This document shows positions 53,565-63,296 of a stretch of DNA of 64,000 nucleotides, in pieces. The translations under genes were made by a program, and so were the position numbers. Source of the stretch: an uncultured delta proteobacterium (GTDB lineage: Bacteria > Desulfobacterota > WTBG01 > CAIYCZ01); the NCBI GenBank assembly GCA_963803975.1, contig CAWDOY010000001.1, forward strand, positions 96,001 to 160,000. Direction: 5' to 3'. The notes below the pieces were generated by a model, which was not told the origin of the DNA, searched no databases, and saw only the letters and a list, made by a program, of their open reading frames with translations. Each line of letters starts with the position of its first letter. Positions within the stretch are counted from its first letter, which is position 1.

Positions 53565-54563
53565 GTGATGCTAAGAGACATAATTAATGAAATCAGAACC
53601 TATCCCGGCTTAACCCGAAAGCGGAACATATACCGGATCACCAATATGCTCGCCCCGGTTGCAGATTATGGCGCAACGATTGCTGATTTTGGGGAGGATG
53701 CGGCAGCCATTTACCATAAGGGTGAGTTTCTCCTGCTTGCTGCCGACGGCATCTGGAAAGGCCTCATCGAGGCAAATCCCTATGCAGCAGGTAAAGCTTC
53801 GGTCATGGCCAGCGTGAATGATATTTATGCCATGGGCGGCCGTCCGCTGGCGATGGTGAATGTCATTGGTATTTCAGAGCCGCGATACTATGAAGAAATA
53901 ATGCGGGGCATTCAAAAGGGGTGCGAAAAATTCCGCGTTCCCATGGTCGGCGGGCATCTCCATCCGGATTCGAGCGAGGTCTCTCTGTCGGTGTCGATAC
54001 TGGGTGTGGCAAAAAAGCTTCTCCTGAGCACGAATGCCCGTGACGGCCAGGATATTGTCTTTGCCGTTGACCTTGAGGGCCGGGGCTATCAGTGCAAGCC
54101 GGTCATAAGCTGGGATACCAATTCAGGGAAAAATTCACAGCAGGTGCTGGAGCGGCTTGAAGTGCTTCCCTGCATTGCAGAAGCAGAGCTGTGTCAGACG
54201 GCAAAGGATGTGAGCAACGGCGGGCTATTGGGCACTATTGCTCTGATGCTTGAAGTATCGGGGAAGGGGGCGCTTATTACTATGGACAGCATTCCAAAAC
54301 CTGATTTATTTTCCATGACTGACTGGCTGAAAGCATTCTTAAGCTATGGTTTTGTGCTCAGTGTTGATAAGGAAAAAACCGGGTCTGTCATAGCGCGCTT
54401 TCGGGAGAAAAATATAGCTGCCAATGTTATTGGCGAGATTACGCTGGATAAGCGCATGGTTCTTTCATATCAGGGTGAACAGGATCTGCTGTTTGACTTT
54501 GAGAGAGAGGCAATTACCGGCATCACCACAGGCCTTGATGTCCCGGGATTCAGCTTTGGATAA
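53565..54563 (+). CDS. AIR-synthase-related (PurM-like) protein, sll0787/NitF/methanogenesis-marker-2-like
   Basis: GEDAAAI, LLAADG, SVNDIYAMGGRP, VGGH, AKDVSNGGLLGT. Confidence 0.88.
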   Translation: MMLRDIINEIRTYPGLTRKRNIYRITNMLAPVADYGATIADFGEDAAAIYHKGEFLLLAADGIWKGLIEANPYAAGKASVMASVNDIYAMGGRPLAMVNVIGISEPRYYEEIMRGIQKGCEKFRVPMVGGHLHPDSSEVSLSVSILGVAKKLLLSTNARDGQDIVFAVDLEGRGYQCKPVISWDTNSGKNSQQVLERLEVLPCIAEAELCQTAKDVSNGGLLGTIALMLEVSGKGALITMDSIPKPDLFSMTDWLKAFLSYGFVLSVDKEKTGSVIARFREKNIAANVIGEITLDKRMVLSYQGEQDLLFDFEREAITGITTGLDVPGFSFG

Positions 54564-54643
54564 AGCACGTGCGGCACAAGGAAGCGTCGAGCGTTTCCGG
54601 GTGCCGGTGATTTAATTACGGTCAAATCAAGAGGAGGGCTATC

Positions 54644-55804
54644 ATGTATTGTAAAAAATGCGGGATCGAGATACACGGGGTGACGGAAACGGTATGTCCG
54701 CTTTGCAGCATGCCGTTAGAAGAACGACCTGCAGAACCACCGGGAGCAGCAGCAGATGAATCACTTGAGGTTCTGAAGCTCAAAGAGTTGATCTCTGATA
54801 TTGAGGGGACGGTTGAGAAATCAATCGGTACTGAGGAAAAGATCGCAGAATCAAAGGAAGAAGAGTTCCGGTTTGACCTGGAAAAGGCTCTCACAGAGGA
54901 CATTTCCGCAAAGCCGGTAAGTGCCGCACCAGCGGTCCCTGTTGGGGCAACAGCCAGTGACTATGAAAAAACCAGGGCTGTCATGGAGCAGACGCTCGCT
55001 GAGCTTGATCTGCCCACAGCCCCCCCGGAAGCACTATCCCCAAAACCGCCATCAAAGAATCTTGCCGCAGTGCTTATCCTCGTCCTTGTGGTAGGTGCTG
55101 GTGTTGCTGCAGGGTATATCTTCTCCGCAAAAGAGCCGCAGACAGTACCGCAGGCAGTTCCAGCGAAAAAAATATCTTCTCCGGCCCCGGTCAGCGCAAC
55201 CCCGCCTGCAATGGCAAAACCGCTTGTGCCGCAACCGCAGCAGCAAGAGATGCCGGCAACAGTAGAAAGCAAACCTTCAGCGCCCCCGGTCCCGTCAGCA
55301 GCAGAGCCGGTCAAAGAGCCGGCTGCTGCTGAGACGGTGCATCCCGTAAAACAGGAACCCGCGCCCCCTGCAGCCGAACCACTCAAAACCGCCAGTGAGC
55401 AGCCTCCGGTAGCTGCTCCGGTTTCACCACCACCAGAACCGGTCAAAGAACCGGCAGCTGCGTTGGTAACGTCCCCTGCTCAACCTCCTGCCGCAGAGCA
55501 AAAAGATACTGAGCCGCCACAAAATGCTCTCGAGCAGCCGAAGATGACGAAGGCCGTTGTTGCGGGTTTTTATTGTGTCAATGTGGGATCATTTAAACTG
55601 AAGGACAGCACAGAGCGGGTATGCGGGGATCTAAAGAAACAGGGCTATGAGCCAACTGTCGAAACAGTGACATTAAAGGACGGAAACACCTGGTACCGGG
55701 TTACTGTCGGCAACTTTGCGACGCGTGATGAGGCAGCACAGTTTGGCAGGGAGCTTGAGAGCAAAACCAACATAAAACCAATGGTAGTAAAAAGGAAACA
55801 ATAA
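54644..55804 (+). CDS. Zinc-ribbon/TM/Pro-rich/SPOR domain protein
   Basis: YCKKCG...CPLC, one TM helix, Pro/Ala-rich linker, SPOR domain YCVNVGSF...WYRVTVGNF. Confidence 0.85.
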   Translation: MYCKKCGIEIHGVTETVCPLCSMPLEERPAEPPGAAADESLEVLKLKELISDIEGTVEKSIGTEEKIAESKEEEFRFDLEKALTEDISAKPVSAAPAVPVGATASDYEKTRAVMEQTLAELDLPTAPPEALSPKPPSKNLAAVLILVLVVGAGVAAGYIFSAKEPQTVPQAVPAKKISSPAPVSATPPAMAKPLVPQPQQQEMPATVESKPSAPPVPSAAEPVKEPAAAETVHPVKQEPAPPAAEPLKTASEQPPVAAPVSPPPEPVKEPAAALVTSPAQPPAAEQKDTEPPQNALEQPKMTKAVVAGFYCVNVGSFKLKDSTERVCGDLKKQGYEPTVETVTLKDGNTWYRVTVGNFATRDEAAQFGRELESKTNIKPMVVKRKQ

Positions 55805-55891
55805 CAGCGCGCCGTTTATCCATATAGTATTCCACATGCCGCAATCTTTTGTGTACATAGAGTCCGGGACTCCTGCCCCTCGTTCATCTTG

Positions 55892-56777
55892 TTACAGGTA
55901 CAGTATCAGCCCGACCGTTAACCCGTAAAGCAGGATACAGATGATGAGCGGCAGGTCATTGAGCAGCACGTGCTCGGGACTGCCCCCCTCGTTTTTCTGA
56001 TGGATGAGGTAGAGGTATCTGAAGATCCCGTACAGCACAAAGGGGATGGTATATTTCAGCCGGTCAGTGCCGAACTTGCTCACCGTATCTTCTGACACGG
56101 TGTAGAGGGTATAGGTGATGACGGTTGATGCGGTAACCACTGAGATCATCTGGTCAAGAAGATAGGGGCTGTATTCAAAGAGAATCTTGCGGTGGTGGAC
56201 GGCATCATCCTCCAGCAGCAGCAGTTCGTGGCGCCGCTTGCTGAGCGCAAGAAAGAGCGAGAGCAGCATGGTGCAGAAGAGCAGCCAGGTGGAGAAGGGC
56301 ACGTCAATAACTTCCGCGCCGCCGATAGCCCGTAACACAAAGCCTGCAGCTATGCAGAAGACATCAAGGATAACGACATGCTTGAGCAGCGTTGAATAGG
56401 CCAGCTGCAGTACAAAATAGATGAGGGCGACGAGCATGAAGGTGAGGTTGGTAAACGCTGCAGCGCTGCCAAATGAGAGACAAAACAGCGCGATGGCGGC
56501 AATGACAGCAGTTGCCGGTTTTAATTTGCCGGAAGCCAGGGGGCGCTTTGATTTAATGGGATGTATCTGGTCCTGCTTGAGATCAAGGAGATCATTTATA
56601 ATATAGACACAACCCGAGAGAAAGCAGAAGATGGCAAACGCCGCAACTGTCCTGAACAGCAAAAGCGGAGAAAAAATATTTTGCGAAAAGATGAGGGCGG
56701 CAAAAAGGATGAGATTTTTTGTCCACTGCCGGGGCCTCATGCTGCGAAACACGAGGAATGCAGTTGTATTGACGCAT
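55892..56777 (-). CDS. UbiA-family polyprenyl-phosphate phosphoribosyltransferase (DPPR synthase-like)
   Basis: MRPRQWTKN, YIINDLLDLKQDQIHPIKSKRPLASG, KRRHE. The likely ATG at 56777 is 1 nt out of frame; an in-frame GTG lies at 56752. Confidence 0.9.
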
Positions 56778-56791
56778 GTGCGAACTCTCTT

Positions 56792-57142
56792 TCAATGGGC
56801 AACCATCCATACACCCGCGATGATTAAGGAAAAGCCGGCAATCTGTATCGCGGTTATGGTTTCTTTTAGAAAAAGCCACGAGGCTATGATGACAATCACA
56901 TAGCCTACGCTGGTCATGATGGGATAGGCAACACTCAGGTTCAGTTTGGTCAGCACGTAGCAGTATGCGGCAAGGCCCAGGGCAAAACAGATCATTCCCG
57001 CCATAAGTACCGGATTCAGAATCATGCCCATGATAAATTCAGCAACACCGGTCACCGGCTTCTCTTTGAGCATTCCGACTTTCATTAAGATGTTTGCGAC
57101 AGCGTTAAAAGTAATGGCCAGAATGAGTATAACATAGCTCAT
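56792..57142 (-). CDS. SMR/EamA-like 4-TM protein (ArnE/F-like flippase candidate)
   Basis: 116 aa, four TM helices, LSVAYP, FLKETIT. Confidence 0.85.
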   Translation of the reverse strand: MSYVILILAITFNAVANILMKVGMLKEKPVTGVAEFIMGMILNPVLMAGMICFALGLAAYCYVLTKLNLSVAYPIMTSVGYVIVIIASWLFLKETITAIQIAGFSLIIAGVWMVAH

Positions 57143-57406
57143 AGAAGTCCCTTCAACTATTGTTTTAATTTTATTTTAAAATTATCAAATAGTACCTATA
57201 TCATTAGGTAATTGTCAATTAAAATAGAAAAGCCTGCCAGGGAGAAGGTTACTGGGTGGCGAGTTCAGTGAACAGTGACTCGCACTGGAGAGCGCTTAAG
57301 ACGTGAACGACGTTGATGAATCAGTAAATTACCAGGTGCAGCCCGCACGTTAAAACAGGGATACGGCAGTAGCAGCGGTACAGAATTGCATCGTATCTGA
57401 ATAAAT

Positions 57407-57437
57407 TTGACAAGGATAGTAATTGCAAGTATACAAT
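57407..57437 (+). promoter_or_regulatory. Putative sigma70 promoter for purM
   Basis: TTGACA-17 nt-TATACAAT. Confidence 0.5.
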
Positions 57438-57539
57438 TCTACCAAATGAAGGTGATGAATGTTGAATATAAAACAGATATACACCATGTGCTGCACAGCA
57501 GGGGAACTGCCCCGAGGTACATAGAAAGCACTTAACGGT

Positions 57540-58583
57540 ATGGTAAAAAAAATAAGCTACAAGGATTCAGGGGTTGATATTGATGCGGGCAATGAATTCG
57601 CGCGTTCGGTAAAGACCCTGGTGAAGCCGACATTCCGGCCTGAAGTTATTTCCGAGATTGGCGGATTTGCCGGCCTGTTCTCTCTCAACACAGGAAAATA
57701 CCGCACTCCGGTACTTGTTTCATCAACTGACGGCGTGGGGACAAAGCTGCGCATTGCTACCATGATGAACAAGCACGATACCGTGGGCATAGACCTTGTT
57801 GCCATGTGTGTTAATGATATTATCGTGCAGGGAGCAGAGCCCCTGTTCCTGCTGGATTATATTGCCACGGGGAAAATCGAGCAGAGCGTGCTGCTCGATG
57901 TCATCAAGGGCATTGTCAGGGGCTGCAAGGAGTCCGGCTGCTCGCTCATCGGCGGCGAAACCGCGGAAATGCCCTCATTCTATAAAGAGGGCGAATATGA
58001 CCTGGCGGGCTTTGTGGTCGGCGTGGTTGATCGTGAAAATATTATCGATGGCTCAAATATTACGGTGGGCGATAAGCTCATGGGCATAAGCTCAAGCGGT
58101 CTGCACAGCAACGGCTATTCACTGGTGCGAAAAATACTGTTCGAAAAACACCGCATGAAGATAGATGATTATGTAAAAGATCTGAAAAAAACGCTGGGAG
58201 AGGAACTGATCACCCCCACCCGGATTTATGCCAAAACCATAAGCAATTTATTGCGGGATTTCCCGCTGCACGGGATGTCCCACATTACCGGCGGCGGGCT
58301 CGTGGATAATATCGAGCGCATTCTTCCCCAGGGCTGCATGGCGCAGCTTAAGGCCATGAGCTGGGAGGTTCCGCCCATCTTCTCTTTCCTGCAGGAACAG
58401 GGCGGGTTAGACCAGAGCGAGATGTTCAGGGCGTTTAATAACGGTATTGGTATGGTGCTGCTCGTTGCAGAAGAGGATGCTGATGACATTATGCTGCGGC
58501 TGAAGGGCCTTAAGGAAAAGGCGTTTGTTATCGGCGAGATTGTTGAGCAGACGGAAAAAGGAGGGAGGATTGCATTTTCATAG
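57540..58583 (+). CDS. purM: Phosphoribosylformylglycinamidine cyclo-ligase
   Basis: YKDSGVDID, STDGVGTK, AMCVND, GGETAEMP, SSGLHSNGYSL, HITGGG, FNNGIGM. Confidence 0.98.
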   Translation: MVKKISYKDSGVDIDAGNEFARSVKTLVKPTFRPEVISEIGGFAGLFSLNTGKYRTPVLVSSTDGVGTKLRIATMMNKHDTVGIDLVAMCVNDIIVQGAEPLFLLDYIATGKIEQSVLLDVIKGIVRGCKESGCSLIGGETAEMPSFYKEGEYDLAGFVVGVVDRENIIDGSNITVGDKLMGISSSGLHSNGYSLVRKILFEKHRMKIDDYVKDLKKTLGEELITPTRIYAKTISNLLRDFPLHGMSHITGGGLVDNIERILPQGCMAQLKAMSWEVPPIFSFLQEQGGLDQSEMFRAFNNGIGMVLLVAEEDADDIMLRLKGLKEKAFVIGEIVEQTEKGGRIAFS

Positions 58584-58653
58584 CATTGTTATTTATTCTT
58601 AGTTTTCTCCAGACCGCATAGGTCAATACGAACTCGGTCGCTTAAGAGTATCC

Positions 58654-59325
58654 TTATTCTTTTAAAATACCCACCACTGTTTCTCCGGCCGTAACTGCAT
58701 CCCCCTTTTTTACCGTTATCTCGGCTGACAGCGGGCAGTAAATTTCCGCGCGGGAGCCGAAGCGTATCATGCCGATGCGCTCGCCCCGCTGGAGCTCGTC
58801 CTGGGCCTTTTTATACAACACAATCCTGCGCGCAATAAGCCCGGCAATAAGTTTTACGGCAATCGCGCGGGAGGAAGTTTGATCCTTTATCCCGATAAAC
58901 ATGCTCTCATTGTCAAGGGAGGCTTTTTCTTTGAACGCGGAAATAAATTTCCCCGGATGATAGTGCACGAAATCGAGCATTCCCTTCATGGGCGCGCGAT
59001 TCACATGAACACTGAAAACAGACATGAAGATGCTTACCCGCTTGACCGTGGTCTTGAGATAGAGCGGCTCCTGCACCTCCCTGATATCAATCACCGTACC
59101 GTCTGCAGGGGAGAGCAGTGAGCGGCTGTCAGCGGTTGCAGTGCGCTCAGGGTCGCGGAAAAACCAGGTGCAAAACAGGGCAAACAGTAACGACACGACA
59201 GCGACAGCACGGGCCGCGGTAACCAGGGACGAAGGGAGAACAGACGAGAGCCCATAAAGCGCTATGGCCAGAACCAGCGCACCTGCTATAAACGGATACC
59301 CTTCACGGGCAATAAGCGGAGTCAT
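58654..59325 (-). CDS. psd: Phosphatidylserine decarboxylase proenzyme
   Basis: FFRDPER, SPADG, IFMSVFSVHVNRAP, IRFGS self-cleavage motif. Confidence 0.95.
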   Translation of the reverse strand: MTPLIAREGYPFIAGALVLAIALYGLSSVLPSSLVTAARAVAVVSLLFALFCTWFFRDPERTATADSRSLLSPADGTVIDIREVQEPLYLKTTVKRVSIFMSVFSVHVNRAPMKGMLDFVHYHPGKFISAFKEKASLDNESMFIGIKDQTSSRAIAVKLIAGLIARRIVLYKKAQDELQRGERIGMIRFGSRAEIYCPLSAEITVKKGDAVTAGETVVGILKE

Positions 59326-59344
59326 GGATTATTATCCGATATTG

Positions 59345-60745
59345 TTACGAGTGTTTGCTCTTGTTTTTAGAGATTTTCCGGTTAAAGACAGCTTCAATTG
59401 CTTCCTGTATGGTTTCAACACCAATGAACTCTATTGTTCCCTGAGCGGGAATATTTTTCAAGCTGTTTTTTGGCACGAGGCATTGAGAAAAACCAAGCCG
59501 TGATGCCTCTTTGAGACGGACAGCTATCTGGCTGACAGCGCGGACTTCGCCCGTGAGACCCACCTCCCCGCAGACTGCCGTGTGCGGCGGGACCGGCTGG
59601 TCAAGCTTGCTTGACGCTATGGCGATGACTATCCCGAGGTCAACGCCCGGCTCGTTCAGGCGGATACCTCCTGCAATATTGACGAAAATATCCTGGTTGT
59701 AAAGGGGCAGCCCCAGTTTTTTTTCAAGTACTGCCACCAGCAGTGAAGTCCTGTTTGAATCCACGCCAATTGCTGTTCGCCGCGGAAGAGCCAGTGACGT
59801 GGGTGACACCAGGGCCTGAATTTCAACCAGTATGGGCCGCGTGCCTTCAATACTTGGCACCACCACAGAGCCAGAAGCATGCTCAGGGCGCTCTGAAAGA
59901 AACAGTTCTGAAGGGCTCAATACTTCGATAAGGCCGGCTTCCCCCATTTCAAAAACCCCTATTTCATTGGTCGAGCCAAAACGATTTTTAACCGCACGAA
60001 GTATTCTATAGGAATGCCCCCGGTCCCCTTCAAAATAGAGCACCGTATCTACCATGTGCTCCAGAACCCGCGGCCCGGCAATTGCCCCTTCTTTGGTTAC
60101 ATGGCCGATAAAAAACGCTGCCATATCAGCTGCCTTGGCAAGGAGGATGAGCTTACCCGAGGTTTCCCGTATCTGGCTGACACTTCCCGGCGCTGACTCA
60201 AGCTCGGCAGTGAACATGGTCTGAATTGAATCAATGACCAGGATGGCAGGATTGAGCTTCTTAACTTCTTCGATAATATTTTCAAGAGAGGTCTCGGCAA
60301 GAATAAAGAGATTGTCCGGCAAGTCGCCCAGCCGCTGGGCGCGCATGCGGGTCTGGCGCAACGATTCTTCACCGGAAACGTAAAGCACTTTCTGTTCTTT
60401 ACGGGCAAGGTGGATGAGAGCCTGCAGCGCAATGGTTGATTTGCCGATACCGGGATCGCCCCCGATAAGAATGACCGCGCCGCGTACCAGCCCGCCGCCG
60501 AGCACCCGGTCAAGTTCGCCGATACCGGCTGAGACTCTGTCTTCACTGTTTACGGTAATTTGATTGATCGGCTGCGGATGATTGTCGCGTTCGCCGGTTA
60601 TAGCAGAAAAAGAGGCAGCAGGTTTACTGCGGGCCAGCTCCTCGTAAAAAGTGTTCCACTGGTCGCAGTCAGGACATTTCCCCAGCCACTTGGGTGCCTG
60701 AAAGCCGCAGAACGAGCAGGTATAAATGGTTTTTATTTTAGACAT
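59345..60745 (-). CDS. radA: DNA repair protein RadA/Sms
   Basis: CSFCG...CPDC zinc finger, GDPGIGKST, KNRFG, Lon-like C-terminal domain. Confidence 0.98.
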   Translation of the reverse strand: MSKIKTIYTCSFCGFQAPKWLGKCPDCDQWNTFYEELARSKPAASFSAITGERDNHPQPINQITVNSEDRVSAGIGELDRVLGGGLVRGAVILIGGDPGIGKSTIALQALIHLARKEQKVLYVSGEESLRQTRMRAQRLGDLPDNLFILAETSLENIIEEVKKLNPAILVIDSIQTMFTAELESAPGSVSQIRETSGKLILLAKAADMAAFFIGHVTKEGAIAGPRVLEHMVDTVLYFEGDRGHSYRILRAVKNRFGSTNEIGVFEMGEAGLIEVLSPSELFLSERPEHASGSVVVPSIEGTRPILVEIQALVSPTSLALPRRTAIGVDSNRTSLLVAVLEKKLGLPLYNQDIFVNIAGGIRLNEPGVDLGIVIAIASSKLDQPVPPHTAVCGEVGLTGEVRAVSQIAVRLKEASRLGFSQCLVPKNSLKNIPAQGTIEFIGVETIQEAIEAVFNRKISKNKSKHS

Positions 60746-60929
60746 ATATGAAAAGAGAAGAAAGAGAAACAGAGCAAAGAAGACAGACGACAGACAAAAG
60801 ACTAAGACATTAATAATCAGATACGTTTTTTTTAGTCTGTCATCTCACGTCTTGCGTCTGTATTCTGATGTTGTTCTGCATATTAGCAATTCTGCCGCAG
60901 CTGTCTATAGGTGCTTTATTCTGTTGAGT

Positions 60930-61028
60930 CAGCACCATATAACCGATTGTCAGCGGGAGAAGTGTTCCGAAATCACCCATGGGGCCGGCAAACTCTCGCA
61001 GGTTGAACTCAAAGGATTTTATTTTCAC
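60930..61028 (-). pseudogene. N-terminal remnant of a putative sulfate/molybdate transporter
   Basis: MKIKSFEFNLREFAGPMGDFGTLLPLTIGY matches the N-terminus of MOT-type transporters, then similarity stops. Confidence 0.6.
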
Positions 61029-61064
61029 CGGCTGCTTTGATGCAGGAGGAGTTTAAAAAAACTT

Positions 61065-61742
61065 CTATATTGTTCCGGTAGTGAACGTGATAACGCGGGC
61101 ACTTTCGCGGTAGCTGCCCTGACTATCAGTTGTTTTTTTAGCGCCCAGCGATAATGTGTACTGGGTTATTGGTTTGAGCAGACCGATCGGCAGCGCCAGT
61201 GTAGTTGTATTGGAAAGAAGCTCTATCCGGTAATTAATCCCGCCTCCCTTAATCTCTAAGAAGAGATTATCAATATCTGAGCTGCTAAACTGCGCCCATT
61301 CGATGACCGGAGTGAGCTGCACATTTGCTGCACCGTCTGTTGGATAAATGAGTACGGGGGTGTTGGGAAAGTCATGGGACATTAAAACGCTCTGTGAGTT
61401 TTTAAACGGACGGGGAAACAGGTAGAAATTGTACTTTCCTTCGGGGAATGATTCTATAAAATCTTCATAGGATGTATTTATTGATTCTAATGTTATCTTG
61501 TTCAGGTTCAAGCGGTTGCGGATTACCATGTTCTTATTGCGCGGTACCGTTATATAAACTTTTCTGGTATTTTTTAAAACATCGCCTTCAAGATCAAAAT
61601 TTACTTTGTAGGACTCGCCGGAGGAGGTGACATCCTTTCGCGCAATGAGACTTATTGTTAAGCCATCCTGCGCCAGGAGGTTAGAGATTGATCCGCTGAT
61701 CAGCATAATAATTGCAATCGTAATAACCGTAACTCTTTTCAT
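61065..61742 (-). CDS. Secreted hypothetical protein with a C-terminal Ig/FN3-like domain
   Basis: Signal peptide; P.LIYPTDGAANV..TP.IEW; LKPITQYTL; ITFTT. Confidence 0.75.
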   Translation of the reverse strand: MKRVTVITIAIIMLISGSISNLLAQDGLTISLIARKDVTSSGESYKVNFDLEGDVLKNTRKVYITVPRNKNMVIRNRLNLNKITLESINTSYEDFIESFPEGKYNFYLFPRPFKNSQSVLMSHDFPNTPVLIYPTDGAANVQLTPVIEWAQFSSSDIDNLFLEIKGGGINYRIELLSNTTTLALPIGLLKPITQYTLSLGAKKTTDSQGSYRESARVITFTTGTI

Positions 61743-62117
61743 TTCTTGCTACTCCTTTCATTAAAAAAACTTATTATCTTATTTAATATTCCCAGAGTGG
61801 GAATATTAATAGCATACAACTTGTTTTGATTCTACCATTTATCTTTTAGGCTGTGCGGAGGAATATAAACTACAGGAGCTTTGTGTTTAAAATATTATAT
61901 ATTTAATAAATGTAGTCTGCAGTAGAAATCTGATTTAGTCCACCTTATCAGAAGGCTTAACAACCGCAGCCTGGGATGCCGGGGGCAGCTGCAGGTTGAT
62001 CCACTCTTCGCACAGTTATTTCTTTTGGCCCGGTCAGCGCCACTTCGAGCCCTGTATGGTTTCACGGGAAGCCCTCTGTCTTTACCCGGATACTTACCCT
62101 GTCATTCAACGTCCCTG

Positions 62118-63152
62118 CTATTCTTTGGAAAATATCTCCAGCAGTTCATTCTTCCGCTTAATTACCGGCAGGTTATAGGGGCATTTCTCTTCACACCGGC
62201 CGCACTCCTCGCACCCCTGCCACCAGACCGTGAGCTTCCTCCACATCTCCTTCTTCTGCTCGGACATCTCCTCGTAGCTGCAGCCTTTCACCATCTCCCA
62301 GGGAAGCTGAATCATAATCGGAATAAGAATATCATTGGGACAGGGCATGCAGTAGCTGCAGCGGCGGCAAAAATCCTTTCCCAGCGGGGCAACCTCTTGT
62401 TCAAAACCCTTAAGCTCCTCCGGGGTGAGCGGGTCTGCGCTCTCTGCGTACCTTAGATTTTCGTTTAACTCGGCCAGGTTGGAAACGCCGTTGAGGATAA
62501 GATCAACGGGATACCCGTTCAGGAATTTAAAACATTTTTCAACACTTCTGATCACCCCGCCGGCCAGCGGCTTCATCACGATGGTGCCGATGTCCAGAGA
62601 CCGGGCCAGGGGAATCAGCTCCTGCTCCGGCTCCCGCTCGATCACGTTAAACGGAAACATCACCGTATCAAACTCACCGGTCTTCAGCAGCTCAACCATA
62701 ACGGCTGGATGGTGGCTGGTGAGCCCGATAAAATCGATCATTCCCTGGTCTTTTGCTTTTTTGAAAGCATCCAGCGCTCCCCCCTTACCCATTACCTGGG
62801 GGACCTCATGGGGCTCAAGCTCATGCACCTGGTAAATCTCTATCCGGTCTGTCTGCAATTCTTTCAGGCTTTCCTCAATATCTTCCAGCACTTCATCATA
62901 GCCCCGGCGGTGAGATTTGCTGGCAAGGATGCACTCCTTGCGCCGGGTTTTCATCACCGCGCCGATGTTGGTTTCAGAATCCAGGTACACCCGTGAGGTG
63001 TCGATAAAGTTTATCCCGTAATCGAGCGCGGCGTGGAGCACCTGCTCAATGGTCTCTTCATCCTTGCCGCCCATACCCGTGGCGAGAGGGATACCGCCCA
63101 GGCCCCACCTGGTGACTTCAAGATTAGTTCTTCCCAGCCTGATCTTTTTCAT
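62118..63152 (-). CDS. Aldo/keto reductase with a C-terminal Fe-S domain
   Basis: LGRTNLEV, GINFIDTSRVY, MKPLAGG, CRRCSYCMPCP, CEECGRCEEKCP. Confidence 0.92.
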   Translation of the reverse strand: MKKIRLGRTNLEVTRWGLGGIPLATGMGGKDEETIEQVLHAALDYGINFIDTSRVYLDSETNIGAVMKTRRKECILASKSHRRGYDEVLEDIEESLKELQTDRIEIYQVHELEPHEVPQVMGKGGALDAFKKAKDQGMIDFIGLTSHHPAVMVELLKTGEFDTVMFPFNVIEREPEQELIPLARSLDIGTIVMKPLAGGVIRSVEKCFKFLNGYPVDLILNGVSNLAELNENLRYAESADPLTPEELKGFEQEVAPLGKDFCRRCSYCMPCPNDILIPIMIQLPWEMVKGCSYEEMSEQKKEMWRKLTVWWQGCEECGRCEEKCPYNLPVIKRKNELLEIFSKE

Positions 63153-63296
63153 GCAGTGCCTCACGTATAGCTATTATTAAATTCTTTTATTTCTAATAGG
63201 CTCTTTAAGACAGTCAGCCACTTTAAGGGGATACGAACAAACGCTGCTTCTTTGCTGCTTTTGGGATTATGCCAAACTCATATCTCTAAATAAACA

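Noticed and set aside
53565..54563. Second purM, or selD/thiL/hypE
   Set aside because: A canonical purM is at 57540. This protein lacks PurM- and SelD-specific motifs, and its context matches the NitF/sll0787 family.
57230..57540. ZTP or purine riboswitch upstream of purM
   Set aside because: A small hairpin is present but the consensus elements are absent, and it lies upstream of the likely promoter.
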